Source: Candidatus Thorarchaeota archaeon
Lineage (GTDB): Archaea > Asgardarchaeota > Thorarchaeia > Thorarchaeales > Thorarchaeaceae
Direction: 5' to 3'
DNA length: 64,000 nucleotides
Assembly: GCA_011364985.1 (NCBI GenBank)
Contig: RDOC01000001.1
Location: 347,124 to 411,123, forward strand
The translations under genes were made by a program, and so were the position numbers. Positions 55,586-64,000 of this stretch are shown here, piece after piece. The notes under the pieces are model-generated. The model did no database searches and had not been told where the DNA came from. It saw only the letters and a list, made by a program, of their open reading frames with translations. How positions within the stretch are numbered: the first letter of the stretch is position 1; each line of letters begins with the position of its first letter.

Positions 55586-55849
55586 ATGATTCGATTCACA
55601 CCAGGCGGAAAATGCGAGATTTGTGGTGAGAAGACTGAGAATCTTGAGTGTTGTAGTATGTGTGGATCAATGATATGTAACAACTGCACAGCGGAGGAGA
55701 TTTGCCTTGCATGTCTTGAGACTCGCTGTTCAATCTGCGGTGAGTATCTATCAGCCCGCGCCTGCAGTCTATGTGGCAGGCTTGTTTGTGAAACTCATGG
55801 AGAAAAGGAAGGAGAAGCCACAATCTGCGACGCTTGCAAGGTGAGTTAG
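55586..55849 (+). CDS. Cys-rich multi-zinc-ribbon protein
   Basis: 87 aa with seven CxxC pairs. The stop lies 2 nt before the tiaS ATG. Confidence 0.55.
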   Translation: MIRFTPGGKCEICGEKTENLECCSMCGSMICNNCTAEEICLACLETRCSICGEYLSARACSLCGRLVCETHGEKEGEATICDACKVS

Positions 55850-55851
55850 AA

Positions 55852-57213
55852 ATGAGGAAACAAATCCATCTGGGAATAGATGACATTGATAGCCCAGGAG
55901 GAGGATGCACAACGCACTTTGCAGCCCTCTTAGTTGAGCGTTTGTCTACGCTAGGATCTGTTTGGACAGATTATCCCAACTTGATTCGCCTAAATCCAAA
56001 CATACCTTTTAGAACACGCGGAAATGGTGCCATTGCACTAAGATTCATCTTGAAGGAACAGAATCTGATCCAGATCAAACCTCTTCTGGAGAGCATGATT
56101 GAAGATTACGTGGACTTGACCTATCCAAACACAAATCCTGGAGCGATGTTGATTGAAGGAAAACCATCTGCTAGAATACTAGATTTCGCCAACCGTGCCC
56201 TTTGGAGGACAATTCCAATAGAAATCGGTAAGAGACTAATTCACGAGGAGCAATGTGAGCATATCTCATATGGAAATGGAAGAGGCCTTGTGGGAGCTCT
56301 AGCTGCTGTCGGAAATCTTCTGAACGGGGACTACACTTTTGAGTACATTGCTTACCGGAAGATTCAGAATTCAGGAAAAATGCGAGGAGTCTCCAATGAT
56401 TCAGTCTTGATGATGGACAAGGCCATGGGGGATAAAACATTCTCCAATATTGACGGGAAGACAGGCCTGGGATTGATAGCTCCTCATGGGCCAGACCCAG
56501 TGCTGTTCGGTATTCGTGGAGAGCAACCACAAGATGTCATAAAAGCCGCATCTTACATCAAGAGCAAGCAGGACATTGACCGATGGATGGTTTTCCGAAC
56601 GAATCAAGGAACAGGAGCGCATTTAACAAACTGTGTTTACATCGCAGATTTGCGTCCCTATATGGCAGCTGTTGTTCACGGAGTAGTTGATTCAGCCCCA
56701 AGAATAATTGAAGGAGGTCATGTCATATTTGGAGTGGAGGATTGCTCAGGACGTATCGACTGTGCTGCATATGAGCCGACAGGCAACTTCAGAGAAATCA
56801 TTTTGAATCTCATCAAAGGAGACCAAGTCCTGATTCATGTAGGAGTCCGTCCAGCAGCTAAGACTCATGGTCTTACCCTCAATGTAGAGGGAATTGAGAT
56901 CCTGAAAGCTGCTGAAAAACTGAAGCTAACCAACCCAATATGTCCAAGATGTGCAAAGAGAATGAAGAGTGCTGGAAGTGGGAAGGGATACAAATGCTTC
57001 AACTGTGGATTCAAGGACCCAAAGGGCAAGAAAATCACAATACTTTCAAGAAGAAACATAGAGAAAAGGCTGTACTTACCACCACCGAGAGCTCAAAGGC
57101 ACCTTACTAGACCTATGTCACGATTGAACCAGAGCAATGAGGGAGAACAGACTTCTCTTATTTATCAATGGCACAGTCACATGACAGGAAATGACCAGAC
57201 CGAGTCAAATTAG
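55852..57213 (+). CDS. tiaS: tRNA(Ile2) 2-agmatinylcytidine synthetase TiaS
   Basis: [22 protein letters not shown]-terminus, OB-like middle region and a C-terminal zinc ribbon (CPRCAKRM...CFNCG). Confidence 0.85.
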   Translation: MRKQIHLGIDDIDSPGGGCTTHFAALLVERLSTLGSVWTDYPNLIRLNPNIPFRTRGNGAIALRFILKEQNLIQIKPLLESMIEDYVDLTYPNTNPGAMLIEGKPSARILDFANRALWRTIPIEIGKRLIHEEQCEHISYGNGRGLVGALAAVGNLLNGDYTFEYIAYRKIQNSGKMRGVSNDSVLMMDKAMGDKTFSNIDGKTGLGLIAPHGPDPVLFGIRGEQPQDVIKAASYIKSKQDIDRWMVFRTNQGTGAHLTNCVYIADLRPYMAAVVHGVVDSAPRIIEGGHVIFGVEDCSGRIDCAAYEPTGNFREIILNLIKGDQVLIHVGVRPAAKTHGLTLNVEGIEILKAAEKLKLTNPICPRCAKRMKSAGSGKGYKCFNCGFKDPKGKKITILSRRNIEKRLYLPPPRAQRHLTRPMSRLNQSNEGEQTSLIYQWHSHMTGNDQTESN

Positions 57214-57608
57214 ACTCGTCTGCCTCTACGACCACCCTTCTTTCTAGTACCATCATGTGGAATCGGCGTGACCTCATCGATAATCCCGATTCTTAGTCCA
57301 GCTCTACTTAGAGCACGAATAGCGGCCTGAGCTCCAGGTCCAGGGGTCTTTGGGCCGCTGCCGCCGGGAGCCCTTACGCGGATATGAATTCCATAGATTC
57401 CCTTATCCTTTGCTTCTCTCGCCGCCTGAAATGCGGCTTGCATAGCAGCATGAGGTGAAGACTCATTTCGGTCGGCTTTGACCATCATTCCACCGCTGTG
57501 TCTTGCAATTGTCTCAGCACCGGTAATGTCAGTAATGTGAATGATGGTGTCATTGTAGGATGCATAGATATGAGCAATCCCCCACTTGTCGCGTTCGTCT
57601 GTACTCAA
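57210..57608 (-). CDS. rps11: ribosomal protein uS11
   Basis: [24 protein letters not shown]... typical S11. The TTG start overlaps the uS4 stop. Confidence 0.9.
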   Translation of the reverse strand: MSTDERDKWGIAHIYASYNDTIIHITDITGAETIARHSGGMMVKADRNESSPHAAMQAAFQAAREAKDKGIYGIHIRVRAPGGSGPKTPGPGAQAAIRALSRAGLRIGIIDEVTPIPHDGTRKKGGRRGRRV

Positions 57609-58204
57609 CTTGCTTCACCTTCCTCGTCAAAGATGTCCTCATCCATATCAGCAGCTGCCGGAGCTGCCTTGGCCCGTTGTGCAGCAGTGGAAGCTGCGAT
57701 TCGGGTGGGATGAGATTCATCGTTCAAGGGAGATCTTGCGGCATATCTTATTTGTTCTTCTTCTGCGACAGTGATTAGCCTTGAGGGGGTGGTCACCCTT
57801 GATGAATTCAGGGCAATGTGCCCATGAGTCACAAGCTGGCGAGCATGATGTGGAGAACAAGCCAATCCCTTTCTGAGAACAATAGTTTGAAGGCGGCGTT
57901 CGAGAACATCTTCCAAGGATAAATCAAGTACATCATCCAAGTCAGGAGACCCACTCAAGAATCCTAGTCGAGTTAGTTTCCGAATGAGTTCGTGCTCAAG
58001 TTGTGCCCTGTCATCCACGGAAAGCGCAAGGAGACTCCTAGCCTGCCTTCGGTAATTGGAGAGCTCTGTTCTGTGCCTCCAAAGCTCCTTCTTGTTTCTC
58101 AAACCATAGGTTCCTACGAGCTGCAGCTCGGATTCGAACCTGTCGCTCTCGAAAGGACGTTTTGGCTTTACATACTTCTTTTTGGACTTTCGAGGATCAC
58201 CCAT
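57605..58204 (-). CDS. rps4: ribosomal protein uS4 with Ala/acidic C-terminal tail
   Basis: [17 protein letters not shown]..., S4 RNA-binding domain, and a tail of about 35 aa. Confidence 0.9.
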   Translation of the reverse strand: MGDPRKSKKKYVKPKRPFESDRFESELQLVGTYGLRNKKELWRHRTELSNYRRQARSLLALSVDDRAQLEHELIRKLTRLGFLSGSPDLDDVLDLSLEDVLERRLQTIVLRKGLACSPHHARQLVTHGHIALNSSRVTTPSRLITVAEEEQIRYAARSPLNDESHPTRIAASTAAQRAKAAPAAADMDEDIFDEEGEAS

Positions 58205-58214
58205 TCCACATTCC

Positions 58215-58667
58215 TCAACTAGCTTTCTTTCTGGATACTCCTACAGCTGCTCCTCCGCGTCCAGTCGTCCTTGTATGCTGTCCTCGTACCTTGAGCCCTA
58301 AGCTGTGTCGAATACCTCTCCATGACCTTATTCGTCTTAGCCTCTCAATATCACTTCGTTGTGCAAAATCCAGATCTGATCCAGTCAAATGAAGCATTCT
58401 TCCAGAACTACGGTCTCTGGGACGATTCACATACCAGTCCGGCAACCCTGCGTTTTGAGGCTGTCTAAGAAGTTCCTCAATTCGGTCAATCTGGACATCT
58501 CCCAAGTAACCGAGTCGGCTATAGGGATTTAGCTTTAGCTTCCCCAAAATTGCTTTGGAAAGCCTCATGCCGACTCCTTTGACTTTTGTGAGCCCGTGGA
58601 GGAGATTCTCCTGACCATCGATGTCACGGCCAGCAATCCGCACAATATGTCGATATTCTTCAGACAT
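58215..58667 (-). CDS. rps13: ribosomal protein uS13
   Basis: RIAGRDIDGQENLLHGLTKVKGVG ... typical S13. Confidence 0.9.
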   Translation of the reverse strand: MSEEYRHIVRIAGRDIDGQENLLHGLTKVKGVGMRLSKAILGKLKLNPYSRLGYLGDVQIDRIEELLRQPQNAGLPDWYVNRPRDRSSGRMLHLTGSDLDFAQRSDIERLRRIRSWRGIRHSLGLKVRGQHTRTTGRGGAAVGVSRKKAS

Positions 58668-59062
58668 GGTATACTACCTCATTCTGACTGGCTGAGGCTT
58701 TGCTCGACTCCTGGAGAGTCCTTATAACCATTACCATGCAGCTCCAGTTATTTCAAAGAAGTCCCCAGATAGGTTTTCTAGACATGGGTATGGATTGACA
58801 GGTTTCAAAGATGTCAGCCATTTGGAAAACGACGTGAAATCACTGACGGAGCCAAAGCCATCATTGCTGTTCGCTTTGCCTAGCCTTCTACGGGAGATGC
58901 TCACAGAGATATCTTCAGAAAGAAATCTGAAAACAGTCCCAATGAAGAGACCCGTAATCTCGTCCTTTAATCAGTTTTTAGAGCAGCAATCGCATGCAGC
59001 AGTGTTAGATTCTACGTGAGTAGAGAAAAGATGAAAAGGGGCACGGAATACGTAATCAGTGT

Positions 59063-59210
59063 GCCCGGATAGCCAAGCGGCTACGGCGGCAGCCTGGAGC
59101 TAGCAACACATATGTATTGCGCTAACAGGCAGCTGCTCTCCCTTTGGGAGGCATGAAGGTTGATCAATGAGTTCAATCTTGCTAGAGTTCGAATCTCATT
59201 CCGGGCGCCA
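59063..59210 (+). tRNA. tRNA-Ser: tRNA-Ser (anticodon GGA) with two predicted introns and encoded CCA
   Basis: Acceptor GCCCGGA/TCCGGGC plus G plus CCA. Anticodon stem GCAGC/GCTGC, loop CUGGAG|intron|A, long variable arm CTCCC-TTT-GGGAG, T loop TTCGAAT. Exons are 59063..59099, 59131..59155 and 59186..59210, giving an 87-nt mature RNA. Confidence 0.7.
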
Positions 59211-59257
59211 TTCTTGTCTGTTTCAGCATGACATTATCTTCTGGAAGATCTCACTAA

Positions 59258-60301
59258 TTAGCGGCCAGAGCCTTTGCTGAACTGCGAGATTTCGCCAACA
59301 ATATTACCCTCCATCATAGCTCGAACTCGTTCTGAATCATGCGAATGGCCTAATACCCATGCGAGTTTGACGAGTGCCGCTTCCGAAGTCATGTCATATG
59401 CGCTAATGGCTCCAACCTCAGCTGCAGCAAGACCAACATCATACGTTGTCAAGTCAGCTTGGCCAAAGGCACACTGAGAACTGATAACAACAAAGCAGCC
59501 CTGATTAATGGCCTTCTGAATTACGCCTGTCATGGAGTTTTCTTCAATAGGTATATTCCCTGAACCAAACCCTTCTATGACAACTCCTTGATACCCCATA
59601 TCAACGATCTTCTGAAGTATCTGGGATGGTATCCCTGGAAAGACTTTCAACAAGAATACCCTATCATCAAGGCGGGTGTCGAATCGTGGAACCAAGTTGT
59701 GACGTTTCTTTCTGGTTTCATAGAGAACAATTTCACCTGCCAGAACCCCAAGTGGGATTGGGTCCACCGAATCGAATGCATCATAGGAGTTGACTCGAAG
59801 CTTCTTTGCCCTTGTGGCTCTATGAATCTCTCCATTGAAGACAATGCAAGTCTCACCAATGTCGCCAAATGCTGCTAGTCTTAGGGCATCCAGCAGATTT
59901 CTAGGCCCATCACTCCAAGGCACAGTAGCCGGAATCTGAGCTCCTGTAAAGACGATAGGCTTCCCGAAAGATTGGACCATAAAACTGACTGCTGCCGCAG
60001 AATAGACCATTGTGTCGGTGCCATGTGTTATGACAATCCCCTGAATCTCCGGGATCTCATCATTAACATCCTTAATTGCACTAGCAATGTCCTGCCAGTG
60101 ATGAGGCTGGGCATTTGCGGAGTCCATTTGGAATAGCTCTCTTCGGACCACTTCAATCTGGCCCATTTGCTTTGGTAATCCCTCAAGAACAGCATCAACA
60201 GAGAGACCGGGGCGCAGAGCATGAGTAGTAGCGTCATAGACGCTTGAGATTGTCCCACCGGTAGTGATTAGGCATACCTTGGCACGTTCTGATGTGGACA
60301 T
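59258..60301 (-). CDS. L-asparaginase (type I family)
   Basis: LITTGGTISS, ITHGTDTM. At about 347 aa it lacks the N-terminal GatD-specific extension. Confidence 0.75.
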   Translation of the reverse strand: MSTSERAKVCLITTGGTISSVYDATTHALRPGLSVDAVLEGLPKQMGQIEVVRRELFQMDSANAQPHHWQDIASAIKDVNDEIPEIQGIVITHGTDTMVYSAAAVSFMVQSFGKPIVFTGAQIPATVPWSDGPRNLLDALRLAAFGDIGETCIVFNGEIHRATRAKKLRVNSYDAFDSVDPIPLGVLAGEIVLYETRKKRHNLVPRFDTRLDDRVFLLKVFPGIPSQILQKIVDMGYQGVVIEGFGSGNIPIEENSMTGVIQKAINQGCFVVISSQCAFGQADLTTYDVGLAAAEVGAISAYDMTSEAALVKLAWVLGHSHDSERVRAMMEGNIVGEISQFSKGSGR

Positions 60302-60378
60302 ATTAAAGCCTCAAACTGGAAGAACAAACAGGATTTATTGCTATTGTGTTAGCTATTGGTAAAGAAGGCGCTTTTCGA

Positions 60379-61581
60379 ATGTACGACCTCATTGTGGTGG
60401 GTTCTGGCCCCGCAGGATCAACGTGTGCCAGAAAAGCGGCACTACAGGGTGTTAAGGTACTCCTGATAGAGAAAGAGAGTCATCCACGCACAAAACCTTG
60501 CGGAGGCGCTCTAAGCCCGAGAGCCCATAGCATTCTGGATTTCGATATCGATGATGTAATTGAAACGAGGATACATGGAGCTTTCTTCTACTCGCCAAGT
60601 GGGAAGAGGCTGGAGTTCTATAGAAGCGACATCACCGGCAGCCTTGTTGACCGTGCCAGATTCGACGCTCTACTTGTGGACAAGGCAAGAGAAGCGGGTG
60701 TCGAGACAATAGGAAATTCCAGAGTGGTTGCGGTTGAACAGACGAGAAAAGGAGTCAGGGTTCTCACTCGAGGGGACTCTCATCGCTGTAATCTTCTGGT
60801 TGGCGCTGACGGTGTTAATAGCACAGTAGCCAAAGCCACAGGCATCCGACAGACTTGGCCAGCAGAAAGGGTAGCGCTTTGCATAAGTACAGAGGCTTTG
60901 GTAGACTCGAAGGCGATAGCAAGAACTATGTCAATTGCCTCTTCACGCAATGGCCTTGGTATTGAGTTGTTCTTCGGTAGAGTCGGGTGTGGATATGCTT
61001 GGTGCTTCCCTAAGAAACGGTCCTTAAACATTGGAATAGGAACCCCACTTGACCAAGCAGGAAGACTAAAAGAGGCTTGGAAGGCTTTTGTGATGTTTCT
61101 TGAAGCTAAGAAAGAACTTGAGCTTGATGTTTCATCGGCACAAGCATTCAAGGTCCCGATTGGAGGGATAAAGGAGCGACTTACTAGCAGGCGGACGATG
61201 TTGGTGGGAGATGCAGCGGGACTGGCTTCGCCCATAACAGGGGAAGGGATATACTATGCCTTAGAATCAGGAAGATTGGCGGCTAGCCTTGCCACAAAGG
61301 CTGTGAGGCAGAAGAATCCTCTTCTCGTCAGAATGTACGATCAGCATATCCAGAAACTAGTTGTTAACGAACTTAGAGCAGCAAGACTTCTTGCAGGGGT
61401 GTTCTACCGGTCTCCGAGGAATATTGAATTGATATGGGAAACATGCAATAAAGACTCACAGATGAAGGATTACATACTCGATTTGATCATAGGTATCAAG
61501 TCCCCAGTAGAACTGGGCAAATCAATGGCAAAAAGGCTCGTTGTAAAACACCCAACTAAAGCAATAAGGTTGGGACTCTAG
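60379..61581 (+). CDS. geranylgeranyl reductase family flavoprotein
   Basis: YDLIVVGSGPAGSTCARKAA dinucleotide fold, LVGADG, GDAAG motif. Confidence 0.8.
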   Translation: MYDLIVVGSGPAGSTCARKAALQGVKVLLIEKESHPRTKPCGGALSPRAHSILDFDIDDVIETRIHGAFFYSPSGKRLEFYRSDITGSLVDRARFDALLVDKAREAGVETIGNSRVVAVEQTRKGVRVLTRGDSHRCNLLVGADGVNSTVAKATGIRQTWPAERVALCISTEALVDSKAIARTMSIASSRNGLGIELFFGRVGCGYAWCFPKKRSLNIGIGTPLDQAGRLKEAWKAFVMFLEAKKELELDVSSAQAFKVPIGGIKERLTSRRTMLVGDAAGLASPITGEGIYYALESGRLAASLATKAVRQKNPLLVRMYDQHIQKLVVNELRAARLLAGVFYRSPRNIELIWETCNKDSQMKDYILDLIIGIKSPVELGKSMAKRLVVKHPTKAIRLGL

Positions 61582-61592
61582 ATCTTGAATTT

Positions 61593-62606
61593 CTAATGCT
61601 TGGTGTGTTGCAATACTTCGCTTGAACCATCAAGAGCGAGGCGAATTCGCATTAGGTCTTGGCCTAAGATGCAGTTTGAAAACACCTCTTTAGCCTCCAT
61701 AAAGATTGGCTGGCCATTTCCGTAACGTGGACTGTAGTGGGTCAACACGAGAAGGCCTGCTTGACTCTCCTTGGCAAGCAATGCTGCATCGGCTGCTGTC
61801 ATATGTCCTCGTTCGTGCGCAAGGTCTGAATGCTCTCGCGTATACATAGCTTCGCTGATGAGGACATTGGCATTCTTGGCTGCATCACGAAGCGACTGAC
61901 ACGGACGAGTGTCGCCAGAGTACACAATACGGAGAGGGCTTGGTTTTGGGCCGGTAACATCTTCCGGATTTATTAGTGTTCCATCGGGTAGCCTCACGCT
62001 TTCGCCCGAAGAGAGTTTGCCCCAGAGAGGACCTTTTGGAATACCCTTTTGCTGTGCCTTGTCTGGTAAGAATTCACCTGTTGGTCTCTCGTATGTGACT
62101 TCATACCCAAGCGCAAAACCGCGATGGTCCACTTCAAAAGCCCTTACGAAAAGGCCGTCTGCATTGAATACAGACTGTCCCTTCTTAATGCCATACACTG
62201 TTGTCTTAAAGATCGTCCCAAGATTGATCGTTTCTTGATTGACCTTTACATAGTCGATTAACTCCACTGGACCAAAGATGTCGAGTGGTTTCATCCTTCC
62301 AAGAAGAGAAAACCGTAAGAGGAGACCACCAAGTCCAAGCAAATGGTCTGCATGATTGTGACTGATGAAAATAGCCATCTTCCTATTGAGGCCAAGATTA
62401 GCTCTTTCATATTGCCTTTGGCAGTCTTCTCCGCAATCGAAGAGAAGATTCCAGCCCTCAAAGCAAACTGCAATAGCAGGATGATTCCTGCCATCAGTGG
62501 GAATGCTTCCTCCTGTTCCTAGAAGAATTATATCAATCACAGAATTATGCCACCAGTGCGTATTACCTGAGTCAAAAATGAAGATATGAGTTATGCCCTT
62601 AAACAT
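61593..62606 (-). CDS. rnz: ribonuclease Z (tRNA 3' endonuclease)
   Basis: ILLGTGGSIPT, LLFDCGE, ISHNHADHLLGL, LTHYSPRY metallo-beta-lactamase motifs. The ATG overlaps the upstream stop. Confidence 0.85.
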   Translation of the reverse strand: MFKGITHIFIFDSGNTHWWHNSVIDIILLGTGGSIPTDGRNHPAIAVCFEGWNLLFDCGEDCQRQYERANLGLNRKMAIFISHNHADHLLGLGGLLLRFSLLGRMKPLDIFGPVELIDYVKVNQETINLGTIFKTTVYGIKKGQSVFNADGLFVRAFEVDHRGFALGYEVTYERPTGEFLPDKAQQKGIPKGPLWGKLSSGESVRLPDGTLINPEDVTGPKPSPLRIVYSGDTRPCQSLRDAAKNANVLISEAMYTREHSDLAHERGHMTAADAALLAKESQAGLLVLTHYSPRYGNGQPIFMEAKEVFSNCILGQDLMRIRLALDGSSEVLQHTKH

Positions 62607-63994
62607 CAAACTAGATCTACCGGAATGGAACGCCCTTCACACTCACGTCGCACAATCTCATACGTCCGAGCATCGAGAAGATCCCCCTTATTCCATTTCC
62701 ATTGCATCTCCTTTCTATTGAACATGAAGGATGTCGCAAGCTGAACTTCGGATCCTGCCGATATGCTGTAAGCGGCATAATCATCGACTCGGGACATGGA
62801 GGAGTTTAGTGCTTTTAACAGACTGTCTGTGGTCCCGAGAGGAATAGCAGCAAAAAGAAGCACCTTCCTTTCATGAGTCTCTATGTTTTCGAGTCTTGTT
62901 GTATACGTCACTGGAAGCTGAGACCAAGCCCTGAGAATGCTTCCCGCACAATTTGGACTTGTTATGACAAGTACGCGATCCTTAAGTTGAGGAATTCTGA
63001 TACGACAGCGAGGCATAATCACATTTTTTTCTAGGATTTGGCTTCGCCGTCTGAAAGCTGTGCTTTCTGAAATGCCTGTTGCTTCCACAATCTCGCTTGC
63101 TGTCGCATCGTAGTTCTCAATCAATGTATCCAGAATACGGAGGTCGACAGGAGTGAGGTGCATGACTTCCTCTTTTCCGCGGAGCTGTTCGCCTATAACC
63201 AGATCCTCATCCTCCCTTCTGAGCTGCATCTTCCAGTGAAAGAGGTCCAGATTCCATTCACCTCTTCTATCGCAGTACTTGCCGTTGAACATCAGTTGCC
63301 CCCGATAAATATACCAACATGAGGCCCTGAAAGAAGTTCCACGTAATGAGCGGATGATATTTTGAATGTCATCAATGTATCTTATTGGCATTGAAGCAAC
63401 CTGAAACACCATCGGGTTTGGGCCATCTACGAAAAGCGTTTTTGTGATATACGGGCTAGATACAACCAGCTTTGGTGCTTCTAGGATTATCAAAATCTGC
63501 TGAAGTCCCATCTTCTCAAAGTTGAGAAGTCCCTCTTTTGCCAGAACACCAGCAAGACGCAATCTTTGAATTGCACGGCGCGTCTGAGAATAGGTCAGAC
63601 TCATGCTCCTAGCAAGGTTTCTCAGGTCCTCTCTGGGATGTTCTACACTCCCCTTCAGCACCGTCAATTCTGTGGGACTGAACTTGGAAACATTCGCGCA
63701 CCACAAGTCTTCAATCAGGGTCCACAAGTCCCTCTGAGTAATGACATCAATGCCGCCTAAAGCGAGAACTTCTACAATCCTAGTCTTCAGAGATGCATGA
63801 AGACTACCCTTATGGCTTGCGACTATCTGCCCCAATCGTTCAATTTCAGGTCCGGGCTGGAAGAGATCTATTTCTACATCATCTTCAAGATTTCTGATTG
63901 TTTTCATGAGAGCCCTAGCGCTGGGAGACAAGACTGACCCCCAATTCGGCTCATGATTGCCTGACATATCCTCGCCATCCTGTTGCAAAAACAA
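62606..63994 (-). CDS. multi-wHTH (tandem Lrp/AsnC-like) putative transcriptional regulator
   Basis: 462 aa with at least two HTH-like segments (TYSQTRRAIQRLRLAGVL; ATASEIVEATGISESTAFRRRSQILEKNVI), each followed by a beta-rich module. Start at TTG 63994 or ATG 63967. Confidence 0.5.
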   Translation of the reverse strand: MFLQQDGEDMSGNHEPNWGSVLSPSARALMKTIRNLEDDVEIDLFQPGPEIERLGQIVASHKGSLHASLKTRIVEVLALGGIDVITQRDLWTLIEDLWCANVSKFSPTELTVLKGSVEHPREDLRNLARSMSLTYSQTRRAIQRLRLAGVLAKEGLLNFEKMGLQQILIILEAPKLVVSSPYITKTLFVDGPNPMVFQVASMPIRYIDDIQNIIRSLRGTSFRASCWYIYRGQLMFNGKYCDRRGEWNLDLFHWKMQLRREDEDLVIGEQLRGKEEVMHLTPVDLRILDTLIENYDATASEIVEATGISESTAFRRRSQILEKNVIMPRCRIRIPQLKDRVLVITSPNCAGSILRAWSQLPVTYTTRLENIETHERKVLLFAAIPLGTTDSLLKALNSSMSRVDDYAAYSISAGSEVQLATSFMFNRKEMQWKWNKGDLLDARTYEIVRRECEGRSIPVDLV

Positions 63995-64000
63995 TAGCTT

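Noticed and set aside
1-64000. I looked for CRISPR arrays, transposases or integrases, prophage genes, rRNA genes and toxin-antitoxin or defence islands.
   Set aside because: I found no spaced direct-repeat array and no recombinase- or transposase-like ORF. The only repeats seen are the intragenic eL32 duplication and the 3646..3717 palindrome.

Overview
This is an archaeal chromosomal window, densely coded on both strands. Archaeal information-processing genes occur throughout: two TFB paralogs, aSUI1, Rpo12, EndA, Cbf5, TiaS, Tsr3, RNase Z, Rpp29 plus an RNase P RNA, GGGP synthase and eS4/eL14/eL19/eL32/eL34. The window has three blocks. (1) 4.9-9.2 kb holds a compact selenocysteine (Sec) decoding island: PSTK, a 91-nt tRNA-Sec(UCA) with a 9/4 fold, an uncharacterised 216-aa ORF, SepSecS and archaeal SelB. 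A SelD-related PurM-family operon follows at 11-12.6 kb. (2) 13-36 kb holds mixed housekeeping and accessory genes: PAS histidine kinase, EndA, DUF47, UppP, Get3/ArsA, Rpo12, radical SAM, aSUI1, TFB, MetAP2, Roadblock/LC7, GGGPS, ICMT-like methyltransferase, HdrA-like flavoprotein, MobA, HypD, DUF211, ferredoxin and several hypotheticals. (3) 36.2-54 kb holds the large ribosomal-protein operon. It runs uL22-uS3-uL29-Rpp29-uS17-uL14-uL24-eS4-uL5-uS14-uS8-uL6-eL32-eL19-uL18-uS5-uL30-[Hsp20]-uL15-SecY, then NUDIX-adk-DUF106-eL34-cmk-eL14-cbf5. A non-ORF RNase P RNA follows, then Tsr3, TiaS, uS13-uS4-uS11, a two-intron tRNA-Ser(GGA), asparaginase, geranylgeranyl reductase and RNase Z. I saw no rRNA, CRISPR array, transposase or integrase. 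The most notable content is the Sec island and its embedded unknown ORF. Sec machinery in a non-methanogen-like gene context suggests an Asgard-like (Loki/Thor-type) lineage, but that is inference only. Many genes use TTG or GTG starts and 1-11 nt overlaps. All family calls rest on motif recognition by eye, not on database searches.
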